Of a stretch of DNA of 64,000 nucleotides, positions 1 to 14,100 are shown piece after piece. Within the stretch, counting starts at the first letter, position 1; each line of letters begins with the position of its first letter. Under the pieces are notes generated by a model. It did not search any database and was not told the DNA's origin. It was given only the letters and a program-made list of their open reading frames with translations. The stretch covers positions 7,130,001 to 7,194,000 of the forward strand of contig CM120643.1 of the NCBI GenBank assembly GCA_051362555.1. Direction: 5' to 3'. The position numbers were made by a program, and so were the translations under genes. The stretch comes from Lingula anatina (lineage: Eukaryota > Animalia > Brachiopoda).

Positions 1-1350
1 AAACTCAGCGTGTGTAGGGTTATGAAAACTAAAGTAGATCAAAAGTTCACGGATAGGATATGCCATGTAAGGATTCATAGGGGAGATAGGTAATCTCCTT
101 TTGCTCTTTTTTTTAACCTGTCAATTTTGAGAAGAAATACAGTGAATCGGTGTCTCTCATTGCACTTAGTCAATATAAATTCAAATATGTAAAACATCTG
201 TCCTTTATCACGTAATTCGTCAGATGTAATAAAATACAGCATTTCCCTAGAAAACCTTTACCCCTATGTGAGAATGCAATGAGCCGTCTGCAGAGCTCAG
301 CGTCCGCTACCTCGCTGGATGCTTCGCGGTTCCCGGGAGCTGAACAGTTAACGCGGTCCAAAAAATTTTAGGGAGAGTCAGATGAAATAGAGACGGACCG
401 TGGCATCTATAAAGTTCTACATGGTGAAGCTGGAGATGTGGGCTAGTTTTACTCTTTTCTTTCAAAGTTTGCAATATACTCTGGCTTTCAGTACCCGCAT
501 GCAACCAAAATATTTGCTGGTATCTTAATACATCTCCCACTTGTGTCTCCCCCCTAAAACGGTCCACACTAAAAAATCAATAATCGTATGGCATTTTTAT
601 ACAGGCAATTGACCTACTTTTATACCCATGCAGCTATCGACGAGTTTTATGGCTGTGGAGTGAAAACGTGATACACGTCTGTGATATAAAAATTATTTCT
701 AATTACATAATTTACAAACAGTGCATTTGGAATAAAGGTGTCCAGATTTGTGAGCAAAAGATGACATTGCTATTTGAAAATAATGAAAAAATTGGAGACA
801 AGCCTAAATCAGAAAAAATGCATTTTTTTCTCTTATAAATTAGGTTCCTTGAAGTAATATAAGACTGGCCGGAAGTGATGTTCAGAGATTTGTAACGATG
901 ATGATCTTGATGGCCTTGATGATCTTAATGGTGGTTCAAAAAATATTATCAAAGTTTTCAGTTGTCATCTGGTGAGAAAGAAATTTTCTGCACTAACACA
1001 ATCATTCCACGAGTGAAAAATAATTAGTAAACGCGCCTCAGATGCGCTGCAGACGTCTTGGCTTTTGGGCGAAAATCACACGTCATAATTATTTGATATA
1101 GGTAAAAAACTGATTGAAAATGGATATCGGCAAAGCATTAAAATTTTGACGGCATTTCTGTTTATTTGTGTTCGACAAGGATGAATTTAATTAGAATACC
1201 CCCTCTCTCTCTTTTTAAGCGAATATAAAGGAGAAAGCCGAGCGAAAAAAATAATGCGCATAACATATTATTAACAGTCAAAATATTCAGAAGTAAAAAA
1301 AATTCAGAGTTAAAAATCTTGTTGGCCACTACAGTTCCTCTTCATAGAGG
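1..1350. repeat. Dispersed ~1.35-kb interspersed repeat (unclassified), copy 1, cut by the window edge
   Basis: Colinear, diverged same-orientation copy at ~39409-40800. Both share aaactcagcgtg and end near gagttaaaaatcttgttggccac...tagagg; the core at 550-720 is nearly identical. Confidence 0.85.
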
Positions 1351-1534
1351 ATCACATGCAAAATTTTAAGGCAACTTGTGGCCAATTGATATTGTAAAGT
1401 AAATGACTTACACTTTCACTAACTGCAGATAAAGATTATAACGGAATCAAACAAGTTAAAGGACAGGGAGTTATTCAGTGTTGCGCCGACTAACAACTCA
1501 CAACGTAAATAACAACAATAACAACAACAACAAC

Positions 1535-1694
1535 CAGGCCCGTAGCCAGCAATTTCAAAAGGGGGGTTCTTTTTCTGAAAAAGTGGACCTTTTCCCATAA
1601 AAACTTCATGTACCTAGATCAAATTTTACCCAGAGTGGACCTTTTTCCAGCAAAAGGGGCGGTTCCCCCCGAACCCCCCCTGGCTACGGGCCTG
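1535..1694. mobile_element. hAT-like MITE (160 bp)
   Basis: 15-bp TIRs caggcccgtagccag / ctggctacgggcctg; flanks acaacaac / acaacaat (8-bp TSD, 7/8 match, within an (aac)n tract). Confidence 0.75.
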
Positions 1695-2119
1695 ACAACA
1701 ATCTACACGCAATATGGTAACGTGCATATCGGTAACGCAGTGGTGGATTTAGAGGTTTCTGAAAAATATATCGCACCAATATTCCCCTCTTGAAATTAGA
1801 ATGTTGTCTAACCTTTGTATATTTTTAACTGGAAAATCTACTTATTGATATTATTCCATTTTTTCATACAAATTATTAGTTTTTCTTATAAAAATTAAAG
1901 TGAAAGGGAAAAGATTAGAGGGAGAAAAATTGAACATATACGCTTTTCCCCAAAAAATATCCTTTATTACAGTGAAATAATGAAGAACATACATACTATT
2001 GGCATGCATGTACCAAAAACAAAAAGACTTTCACTAGTATCTAAAAATGAAAATCAATATATCTTCATACATAAAGAACAATGCACCACCTCCAAAAGAA
2101 TTAACAAAATTTCAAGTAT

Positions 2120-4602
2120 TAGTCGAGTAGCCAGAACGCTAACCCTGCAATGTTTTTTCCTGCAAACTTTTTTTGCTAAAATGCATTCCTTAGGTTGAGA
2201 GAAGCAAAATTAGCTTGGTTGCTATTTCCGAGACATTGAGAATTTTTCAATATGGCCGTCAATTTATGAGGAAAAACGACCAGAAGTCACCGGGTAAACT
2301 TCATTGACAGCTTTTTTGAACGTGTATTCTGTCAGGAGAGCACAACAGTGCTAGTGAATACACTTAAGCCCGTTGCATATAGCAGAAAAGCCAAAATGGC
2401 CGTCAAAACATATGACAGAAAGTAAAAAAAGCTTATCCTTTTTTTTTTTGTAAACTTTTAAAATATTTTAACACCTATGGGTAAAGGCATTTTTGTTGTT
2501 TAATAATGAATTTTATTATAAATAATCCAAGCAGGGGTATAAAAAACCCAGCGGTTAGGGCCCATGAGGTCAGCTATTCTTGACGTGACATAGTTCGGGG
2601 ATATGCGAGGGCTACCCATCGACATCATGTATTTGAAATGTTATTTTTGCCAATATATACTTACAGATAATGGAGGCTTTGAGATAGGAATGTATGCATT
2701 TTCTACTTGTATTTTAGATATAATCAGGAACCTGGTTGAATGCCACAACATGCCAGGCACTGTTAGCGATATACCGTTCACATTCGGTACAAATGATCCA
2801 AGTGTATCTGGAGTCCAAAGGGTGGATGTCCTACCCCGGCCTGTCTATTCTCCGGATATGAATCCGATTGAACACTTATGGTACTACATATATCTTGGTC
2901 GTCCGTTGGCCAAGGCAGCAGCTGATCAAGGCACTACGACAAGGCTGGAATAGGATTCCGCACGACACCATCCCATCCAGATTGCCCGAGCATGCGCCAA
3001 CAGATCGCCGCCTGCATCGAAACAAGCGGAGATCGTACCCGCTATTGACCGTTGTGACTTTGTGTTGGGCTGGTACCATTTTTGTTTTGAAACTATTCAT
3101 GAAACTTAAGATGTTTGGTTCTGTATACCAATGTCCTAAGCAAATGATTTATATGAAAATAATCCAGTTTACAGCTTCAAAATAACAATTATTTTGAAAA
3201 ATATGGCCTCCAAGATTTTAATGGCTGTCAGCATATAACCAAAAGATTTGTAAGATGTTTTGTTTATTGACTCAAAAAAATGTAAAGTGAAAAAAGTGCA
3301 GTAATAAGAAAAATTAGAAATGCTGTTATATACTGATGAATTATTCTTACCCGTGCCAATCTCAATAAAAGAATGGGAAGTTTTAAAGCTACATTTTATG
3401 TACATACTGAAAAAGTTACGATAAAGATATAAAATCAAAATATTAAGGTATGATCAATATAAAAACAAAAACGAAAAAAATACAAGGTTAATATTTTGAC
3501 AAAAGTTCAATTAAATAACATTCCCCTCCCCACCCCCCCGTCCCCACCAACAGACTTGGTTGGACTCCATGTAAATGAGTCCCGATTTTGGACTCCCTGT
3601 GCCCAAATTCCTGCAGAACCTGTTGGCCCTTGATAAACTTTTCATCAGATTGAGCCTGTATTAAAAAGAGAACTTACGTAATGGTCAGCCCTATCAATGA
3701 TCCTCTTTTATAGAGTCTTAGTATAACTGTACCTTTCAAGTACACTTTGTCAATAAATAAAATGGTTTGATATATATTATACGCCGAATTGTCAGTTTAA
3801 AACGTAATTTAACTGATTTTTTTTTACCTTTTTGGGCATGTTTTAGTGGTCATTTGAAATGCGGAATACCATGCACTTTAAACCCGACTCTTTGCTATGT
3901 TACATAATTATCTATTTATAATATAATGATATTATATTTTTTATATCATTGACGGCCATTTTGAATTCAGAAAATTGATCAATGTGCCGTATGTAGCCAC
4001 TGCCAAGAAAGCCCAAATTAAATGATCTTTTATACCCCCAAAGTATTAAATTCTTTTAAAAATTTCAGGGAATAACATTCTAAGTATTTGACTATGGGAC
4101 CCGGGGAAGTAGCAAACAGACTCTTGGGTGGGGGTTATTGAACTGTCATATAATCTTATTCCAAGAGTTTAGGGTCATGACTAACAAAATATTATAATTA
4201 ACATAAATATAAAAGGGGATATGGTTTTAATAAAACTAAATATGCAAAAAAACAAACTGATTCTGCAGCTTTTATCATTTTCTGCCTTATGTTTTGACGG
4301 CCCTTTTGGTTTTTTGCTCAGTGGTATGCGATTAAGCTTATTCACTAGTACTGTTGTGCTCTCCTGATAGAATACACGTTCAAAAAAAGCTGTCAATAAA
4401 GTTTACCCGGCGACTTCTGGTCATTTTTCTATTTTTCCTCATAAATTGACGGCCATATTGAAATATGCTCAAGGTCTCGGAAATAGCAACCAAGCTAATT
4501 TTGCTTCTCTTAGCCTGAAGAATGCATTTCAGCAAAAACAGTTTACAGGAAAGAACATTGCAGGGTTCGACTATTGGGCCTATGGGGTTGGCGACTCGTC
4601 TA
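2120..4602. mobile_element. Non-autonomous DNA transposon with ~300-bp imperfect TIRs, TAG...CTA termini and 3-bp TSD (Academ-like)
   Basis: 2120-2435 is the reverse complement of ~4265-4602; termini tagtcgagtagcca / tggcgactcgtcta; tat on both sides (2117-2119, 4603-4605). Superfamily is inferred from termini and TSD only. Confidence 0.7.
2805..3049 (+). pseudogene. Tc1/mariner transposase C-terminal fragment, frameshifted, nested in the element above
   Basis: VLPRPVYSPDMNPIEHLW matches the Tc1 WPxxSPDLNPIE motif; shifted frames continue QQLIKALRQGWNRIP and SMRQQIAACIETSGDRTRY*. Confidence 0.85.
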
Positions 4603-4855
4603 TATGGCATTACAGTATGGACAGGCCTCTATTCAAACAAATAAAATACAGCAATAGAACAATTTTACATATCTAATTTCCTTGATCTGAAAACAGTAAA
4701 GGAACGAATCTGACAAACTACACTGATATAATTTTATTTACATTTCTTATTCTTTATTTCACAATACACGCTAACAGATTTACCATCATTTTAATATAAA
4801 CAAATAACAAAATTGTTAAGTTGCAAAAAAATGTCAAAAGAACATTTACATATGC

Positions 4856-5130
4856 AACTAAAAAAGCACTCGGAGAGCGCAGACCTCTGCCACTAGTAAA
4901 GTCTCTACCCAATGCCGTTTCACTCCTAAATTTTCATTCTATAATGATTAAGTTTTTTTTTTATTTTTGATTATTAATTGATCTGGATCACCACCAAAAA
5001 CTATTCATCTGTTTTTTGGCCCACTTCTGACAGTTCCTGAAAATTTCATCAAAATCGGTCCATAGCTTTTTGAGTTACGTGGATGACAGACATACAGGGG
5101 TGAAAACATAACCTTCTGGGTGGAGGTAAT
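4856..5130 (-). mobile_element. Short Helentron-associated (HINE/DINE-like) non-autonomous element
   Basis: Minus strand starts ttacctccacccagaaggttatgttttc and ends ggcagaggtctgcgctctccgagtgcttttttagtt (sub-terminal IR, 3' hairpin, tagtt end). Confidence 0.6.
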
Positions 5131-8100
5131 TAGTTCAATAATGAGACGGTTAACATGCCAAAGAATTGAAAATAGCATAGGTGACAGCAATGTACAGACA
5201 TGGCTGAAAATCATATTTAAGTGAATGTTGCAATAGTGTGGGGCAAATTTTCTTCCAGCCTTCTTAAAGCTTTTATATTTGTACAACATTAATAAAATTT
5301 CCATCTGAGGACGTCTATACAAATGTCACGTGACATACAGTTTAAAGCCAGAAGGAAAAAGCATCATTACGTCTGGTATATTGCAAAATTAAAATTCATC
5401 TTCTACCCTTTTCTGAACCAAGACAACAGTTCTTGGAATGTTGAGTACACCAAGGAAGCCAACACAGATGTATTTCTGTATTAAAATAAATTGCAAAGTG
5501 CTATTTTGGACTTTCATCTGGGTTCTTTATTTCAACTCTGCTGTTACTAAGCTGTATCATTTGCCCTCACATTTTTAAACCCAACAAAAATATCATTTTT
5601 ACAGGTTAAACAAGCTCTTCCGATAATACTTGTCATGAAACTTTTTCGTTGGTTGTATTTGGGTTAGCACTTATTTTAATTCAGTCCATTAATCCAGTTA
5701 ATATATGTGCTAACTACTATGTAACAATACAGTCTCATGGTTACGTCTTGCAATCTGTAAAGCCTACAGGTTAATCAAGATTTTAAAAATCTGTTAACTG
5801 ATTTCTTATTGTTAAATTAGCAACAAATAAACCAAATATTGGTATGAGAGTTCTTTGAGGAATATTTTATGTGCAAGCATGTGAGCTAAAGTTTCTGCAA
5901 ACAGAACATCAGCACAAACACTATATTCAAACAGGAGGACTGACTCTTTCATAGCATAACATTTTATCTGGAATTATTTAGTAAACAGGAATTCCAATTC
6001 TTCATCAGAGTTGGAAAGCTTCACCCATAAAAGAACAAATATATTATATGGGTTTAATATAACACTTCATAATAAAGTTCCATCATAACTACCAACATCT
6101 ATTCTGCTTTCTGCGAGACATATTCCCTCTCGACACATGGATAAGACAAAGTACTGCTCTTGGTGCTGTCTTTCACTGCCTGCTTTTTCATGGTAAGGGT
6201 ACTCTGAAAAAAGAACAATATAACTGAAAAAACTGAAAATTACATTGGAAAGACTAGCAAATCCAAGGACTTAAAATAGTTAAACGTTAATAATTTTGTC
6301 AAATCTTGTCTAATATTTCTGAAATTTGTACAAATGATGCTTAACAACAATAAAAATCTGTGATTAGATGATCTGTTGACTGTATCTAATGAAAAGTGTT
6401 TTTTGGGACAATTAATTTAGGACAACTGAAATTTACATTGAAAAGACTGGCAAATCCCATGACTTAAAATAGTTAAATGTTGATAATTTTGTCAAATCTA
6501 GTCCAGTGTTTCTGAAATTTGTACAAATGAAGCTTAACAACAATAAAAACCTGTGATAAGCTGATCAAATGACTGTGTCTAATGAAAAATATCTTCTTTC
6601 GACAATATCATTGAAAAAACTGAAAAGTACACTGAAAAATCTGGCAAATTCCATGGCTTAAAATAGTTAAATGTTAATAATTTTGCAATGTGATTATACA
6701 ATAAAAAAGCAAACATGATGATTTGAGGTTGTTTGTGTAGGAGGTTGCAAATTACCTATAACTGTTATCTGGAAAACAATATATACCCAAACAAGACTTC
6801 TCCTTACTATCAATGCCAGATGCAGATTACTCCTTACAATCGGTTTCTGGAATGGGTTGTTGTTATCACAACATTTGACAATGTCCTAAATCTTGCCACA
6901 TATCATGTATTGTACACATGGATAAGACATAGTGCTGCTCTTGGTGCTGTATTTCACTGCCTGCATCTTCATGGTAAGGGTACTCTGGAAAAAGAACAAT
7001 ATAACTGAAAAAACTGAAAATAACATAGAAAACGCTGGCAAATTCCATGACATAAAATAGTTAAACGTTAATAATTTTGTCAAATCTAGTCCAATATTTC
7101 TGAAATTTGTACAAATGATGCTTAACAACAATAAAAATCTGTGATTAGATGATCTGTTGACTGCATCTAATGAAAAGTGTTTTTTGGGACAATTAATTTA
7201 GGACAACTGAAATTTACATTGAAAAGACTGGCAAATCCCATGACTTAAAATAGTCAAATGTTGATAATTTTGTCAAATCTAGTCCAGTGTTTCTGAAATT
7301 TGTACAAATGAAGCTTAACAACAATAAAAACCTGTGATAAGCTGATCAAATGACTGTGTCTAATGAAAAATATCTTCTTTCGACAATATCTTTGAAAAAA
7401 CTGAAAAGTACACTGAAAAATCTGGCAAATTCCATGGCTTAAAATAGTTAAATGTTAATAATTTTGCAATGTGATTATAAAATAAAATAGCAAACATGAT
7501 GATTTGAGGTTGTTTGTGTAGGAGGTTGCAAATTACCTATAACTGTTATCTGAAAAACAATATATACCCATACAAGACTTCTCCTTACTATCAATGCCAG
7601 ATTCAGATTACTCCTTACAATCGGTTTCTGGAATGGGTTGTTGCTATCACAGTATTTGACAATGTCCTAAATCTTGCCTCATATCATGTATTGTACACAT
7701 GGATAAGACATAGTGCTGCTCTTGGTGCTGTCTTTCACTGCCTGCATCTTCATGGTAAGGGTACTCTGGAAAAAGAACAATATAACTGAAAAAACTGAAA
7801 ATAACATAGAAAACGCTGGCAAATTCCATGACATAAAATAGTTAAACGTTAATAATTTTGTCAAATCTTGTCCAATATTTCTGAAATTTGTACAAATGAT
7901 GCTTAACAACAATTAAAACCTTTGATTAGAAGATCTGTTGACTGCATCTAATGAAAGGTGTTTTTTGGGACAACATATTTGGGAAAACTGAAATTTACAT
8001 TGAAAACACTTGCAAATCCCACGACTTAAAATAGTTAAACGTTAATAAAATTTTAAAATCTTGTCCAATATTTCTGAAATTTGTACAAATGATGCTTAAC

Positions 8101-11100
8101 AATAATGAAAATCTGTGATTAGATGATCTGTTGACTGTATCTAATGAAAAGTGTTTTTTGGGACAACATATTTGGGAAAAATGAAATTTACATTGAAAAG
8201 ACTGGCAAATCCAAGGACTTCAAATAGTTAAACGTTAATAATTTTGTCAAATCTAGTACAGTGTTTCTGAAATTTGTACAAATGATGCTTAACAACAATA
8301 AAAACCTGTGATAAGCTGATCAAATGACTGTGTCTAATGAAAAGTATCTTCTTTCGACAATATCATTGAAAAAACTGAAAATTACACTGAAAAATCTGGC
8401 AAATTCCATGGCTTAAAATAGTTAAATGTTAATAATTTTGCAATGTGATTATAAAATAAAATAGCAAACATGATGATTTGAGGTTGTTTGTGTAGGAGGT
8501 TGCAAATTACCTATAACTGTTATCTGGAAAACAATATATACCCAAACAAGACTTCTCCTTACTATCAATGCCAGATGCAGATTACTCCTTACAATCGGTT
8601 TCTGGAATGGGTTGTTGTTATCACAACATTTGACAATGTCCTAAATCTTGCCACATATCATGTATTGTACACATGGATAAGACATAGTGCTGCTCTTGGT
8701 GCTGTATTTCACTGCCTGCATCTTCATGGTAAGGGTACTCTGGAAAAAGAACAATATAACTGAAAAAACTGAAAATAACATAGAAAACGCTGGCAAATTC
8801 CATGACATAAAATAGTTAAACGTTAATAATTTTGTCAAATCTAGTCCAATATTTCTGAAATTTGTACAAATGATGCTTAACAACAATAAAAATCTGTGAT
8901 AAGATGATCTGTTGACTGCATCTAATGAAAAGTGTTTTTTGGGACAACATATTTGGGAAAACTGAAATTTACATTGAAAACACTAGCAAATCCCACGACT
9001 TAAAATAGTTAAACGTTAATAATTTTGTCAAATCTTGTCCAATATTTCTGAAATTTGTACAAATGATGCTTAACAACAATAAAAACCTGTGATTAGATGA
9101 TCTGTTGACTGCATCTAATGAAAAGTGTTTTTTGGGACAACATATTTAGGAAAACTGATATTTACATTGAAAACACTAGCAAATCCCACGACTTAAAATA
9201 GTTAAACGTTAATAATTTTGTCAAATCTAGTCCAATATTTCTGAAATTTGTACAAATGATGCTTAACAACAATAAAAATCTGTGATTAGATGATCTGTTG
9301 ACTGCATCTAATGAAAAGTGTTTTTTGGGACAACATATTTGGGAAAACTGAAATTTACATTGAAAACACTAGCAAACCCCATGACTTAAAATAGTTAAAC
9401 GTTAATAAAATTTTCAAATCTTGTCCAATATTTCTGAAATTTGTACAAATGATGCTTAACAATAATGAAAATCTGTGATTAGACGATCTGTTGACTGTAT
9501 CTAATGAAAAGTGTTTTTTGGGACAACATATTTGGGAAAAATGAAATTTACATTGAAAAGACTGGCAAATCCAAGGACTTCAAATAGTTAAACGTTAATA
9601 ATTTTGTCAAATTCAGTCCAGTGTTTCTGAAATTTGTACAAATGATGCTTAACAACAATAAAAACCTGTGATAAGCTGATCAAATGACTGTGTCTAATGA
9701 AAAGTATCTTCTTTCGCCAATATCTTTGAAAAAACTGAAAATTACACTGAAAAATCTGGCAAATTCCATGGCTTAAAATAGTTAAATGTTAATAATTTTG
9801 CAATGTGATTATAAAATAAAATAGCAAATGTGATGATTTGAGGTTGATTGTGTAGGAGGTTGCAAATTACCTATAACTGTTATCTGGAAAACAATATATA
9901 CCCAAACAAGACTTCTCCTTACTATCAATGCCAGATGCAGATTACTCCTTACAATCGGTTTCTGGGATGGGTTGTTCTTATCACAACATTTGACAATGTC
10001 CTAAATCTTGCCTCATATCATGTATTGTACACATGGATAAGACAAAGTGCTGCTCTTGGTGCTGTCTTTCACTGCCTGCATCTTCATAGTAAGGGTAACT
10101 CTGGAAAAAGAAGAATATAACTGAAAAAACTGAAAATAACATAGAAAACGCTGGCAAATTCCATGACATAAAATAGTTAAACGTTAATAATTTTGTCAAA
10201 TCTTGTCCAATATTTCTGAAATTTGTACAAATGATGCTTTACAACAATAAAAACCTGTGATTAGATGATCTGTTGACTGCATCTAATGAAAAGTGTTTTT
10301 TGGGACAACATATTTGGGAAAACTGAAATTTACATTGAAAACACTAGCAAATCCCATGACATAAAATAGTTAAACGTTAATAAAATTTTCAAATCTTGTC
10401 CAATATTTCTGAAATTTGTACAAATGATGCTTAACAACAATAAAAATCTGTGATTAGATGATCTGTTGACTGTATCTAATGAAAAGTGTTTTCTGGGACA
10501 ATTAATTTAGGACAACTGAAATTTACATTGAAAAGACTGGCAAATCCCATCACTTACAATAGTTAAATGTTGATAATTTTGTCAAATCTAGTCCAGTGTT
10601 TCTGAAATTTGTACAAATGAAGCTTAACAACAATAAAAACCTGTGATAAGCTGATCAAATGACTGTGTCTAATGAAAAATATCTTCTTTCGACAATATCT
10701 TTGAAAAAACTGAAAAGTACACTGAAAAATCTGGCAAATTCCATGGCTTAAAATAGTTAAATGTTAATAATTTTGCAATGTGATTATAAAATAAAATAGC
10801 AAACATGATGATTTGAGGTTGTTTGTGTAGGAGGTTGCAAATTATCCTATAACTGTTATCTGGAAAACAATATATACCCAAACAAGACTTCTCCTTACTA
10901 TCAATGCCAGATGCAGATTACTCCTTACAATGGGTTTCTGGAATGGGTTGTTGTTATCACAACATTTGACAATGTCCTAAATCTTGCCACATATCATGTA
11001 TTGTACACATGGATAAGACATAGTGCTGCTCTTGGTGCTGTATTTCACTGCCTGCATCTTCATGGTAAGGGTACTCTGGAAAAAGAACAATATAACTGAA

Positions 11101-14100
11101 AAAACTGAAAATAACATAGAAAACGCTGGCAAATTCCATGACATAAAATAGTTAAACGTTAATAATTTTGTCAAATCTAGTCCAATATTTCTGAAATTTG
11201 TACAAATGATGCTTAACAACAATAAAAATCTGTGATAAGATGATCTGTTGACTGCATCTAATGAAAAGTGTTTTTTGGGACAACATATTTGGGAAAACTG
11301 AAATTTACATTGAAAACACTAGCAAATCCCACGACTTAAAATAGTTAAACGTTAATAAAATTTTCAAATCTTGTCCAATATTTCTGAAATTTGTACAAAT
11401 GATGCTTAACAATAATGAAAATCTGTGATTAGACAATCTGTTGACTGTATCTAATGAAAAGTGTTTTTTGGGACAACATATTTGGGAAAAATGAAATTTA
11501 CATTGAAAAGACTGGCAAATTCCATGACATAAAATAGTTAAACGTTAATAATTTTGTCAAATCTTGTCCAATATTTCTGAAATTTGTACAAATGATGCTT
11601 AACAACAATAAAAACCTGTGATTAGATGATCTGTTGACTGCATCTAATGAAAAGTGTTTTTTGGGACAACATATTTAGGAAAACTGATATTTACATTGAA
11701 AACACTAGCAAATCCCACGACTTAAAATAGTTAAACGTTAATAATTTTGTCAAATCTAGTCCAATATTTCTGAAATTTGTACAAATGATGCTTAACAACA
11801 ATAAAAATCTGTGATTAGATGATCTGTTGACTGCATCTAATGAAAAGTGTTTTTTGGGACAACATATTTGGGAAAACTGAAATTTACATTGAAAACACTA
11901 GCAAACCCCATGACTTAAAATAGTTAAACGTTAATAAAATTTTCAAATCTTGTCCAATATTTCTGAAATTTGTACAAATGATGCTTAACAATAATGAAAA
12001 TCTGTGATTAGACGATCTGTTGACTGTATCTAATGAAAAGTGTTTTTTGGGACAACATATTTGGGAAAAATGAAATTTACATTGAAAAGACTGGCAAATC
12101 CAAGGACTTCAAATAGTTAAACGTTAATAATTTTGTCAAATTCAGTCCAGTGTTTCTGAAATTTGTACAAATGATGCTTAACAACAATAAAAACCTGTGA
12201 TAAGCTGATCAAATGACTGTGTCTAATGAAAAGTATCTTCTTTCGCCAATATTTTTGAAAAAACTGAAAATTACACTGAAAAATCTGGCAAATTCCATGG
12301 CTTAAAATAGTTAAATGTTAATAATTTTGCAATGTGATTATAAAATAAAATAGCAAATGTGATGATTTGAGGTTGATTGTGTAGGAGGTTGCAAATTACC
12401 TATAACTGTTATCTGGAAAACACTATATACCCAAACAAGACTTCTCCTTACTATCAATGCCAGATGCAGATTACTCCTTACAATCGGTTTCTGGGATGGG
12501 TTGTTGTTATCACAACATTTGACAATGTCCTAAATCTTGCCTCATATCATGTATTGTACACATGGATAAGACAAAGTGCTGCTCTTGGTGCTGTCTTTCA
12601 CTGCCTGCATCTTCATAGTAAGGGTAACTCTGGAAAAAGAAGAATATAACTGAAAAAACTGAAAATAACATAGAAAACGCTGGCAAATTCCATGACATAA
12701 AATAGTTAAACGTTAATAATTTTGTCAAATCTTGTCCAATATTTCTGAAATTTGTACAAATGATGCTTTACAACAATAAAAACCTGTGATTAGATGATCT
12801 GTTGACTGCATCTAATGAAAAGTGTTTTTTGGGACAACATATTTGGGAAAACTGAAATTTACATTGAAAACACTAGCAAATCCCATGACATAAAATAGTT
12901 AAACGTTAATAAAATTTTCAAATCTTGTCCAATATTTCTGAAATTTGTACAAATGATGCTTAACAACAATAAAAATCTGTGATTAGATGATCTGTTGACT
13001 GTATCTAATGAAAAGTGTTTTCTGGGACAATTAATTTAGGACAACTGAAATTTACATTGAAAAGACTGGCAAATCCCATCACTTACAATAGTTAAATGTT
13101 GATAATTTTGTCAAATCTAGTCCAGTGTTTCTGAAATTTGTACAAATGAAGCTTAACAACAATAAAAACCTGTGATAAGCTGATCAAATGACTGTGTCTA
13201 ATGAAAAATATCTTCTTTCGACAATATCTTTCAAAAAACTGAAAAGTACACTGAAAAATCTGGCAAATTCCATGGCTTAAAATAGTTAAATGTTAATAAT
13301 TTTGCAATGTGATTATAAAATAAAATAGCAAACATGATGATTTGAGGTTGTTTGTGTAGGAGGTTGCAAATTATCCTATAACTGTTATCTGGAAAACAAT
13401 ATATACCCAAACAAGACTTCTCCTTACTATCAATGCCAGATGCAGATTACTCCTTACAATGGGTTTCTGGAATGGGTTGTTGTTATCACAACATTTGACA
13501 ATGTCCTAAATCTTGCCACATATCATGTATTGTACACATGGATAAGACATAGTGCTGCTCTTGGTGCTGTATTTCACTGCCTGCATCTTCATGGTAAGGG
13601 TACTCTGGAAAAAGAACAATATAACTGAAAAAACTGAAAATAACATAGAAAACGCTGGCAAATTCCATGACATAAAATAGTTAAACGTTAATAATTTTGT
13701 CAAATCTAGTCCAATATTTCTGAAATTTGTACAAATGATGCTTAACAACAATAAAAATCTGTGATTAGATGATCTGTTGACTGCATCTAATGAAAAGTGT
13801 TTTTTGGGACAACATATTTGGGAAAACTGAAATTTACATTGAAAACACTAGCAAATCCCACGACTTAAAATAGTTAAACGTTAATAAAATTTTCAAATCT
13901 TGTCCAATATTTCTGAAATTTGTACAAATGATGCTTAACAATAATGAAAATCTGTGATTAGACAATCTGTTGACTGTATCTAATGAAAAGTGTTTTTTGG
14001 GACAACATATTTGGGAAAAATGAAATTTACATTGAAAAGACTGGCAAATCCAAGGACTTCAAATAGTTAAACGTTAATAATTTTGTCAAATCTAGTACAG

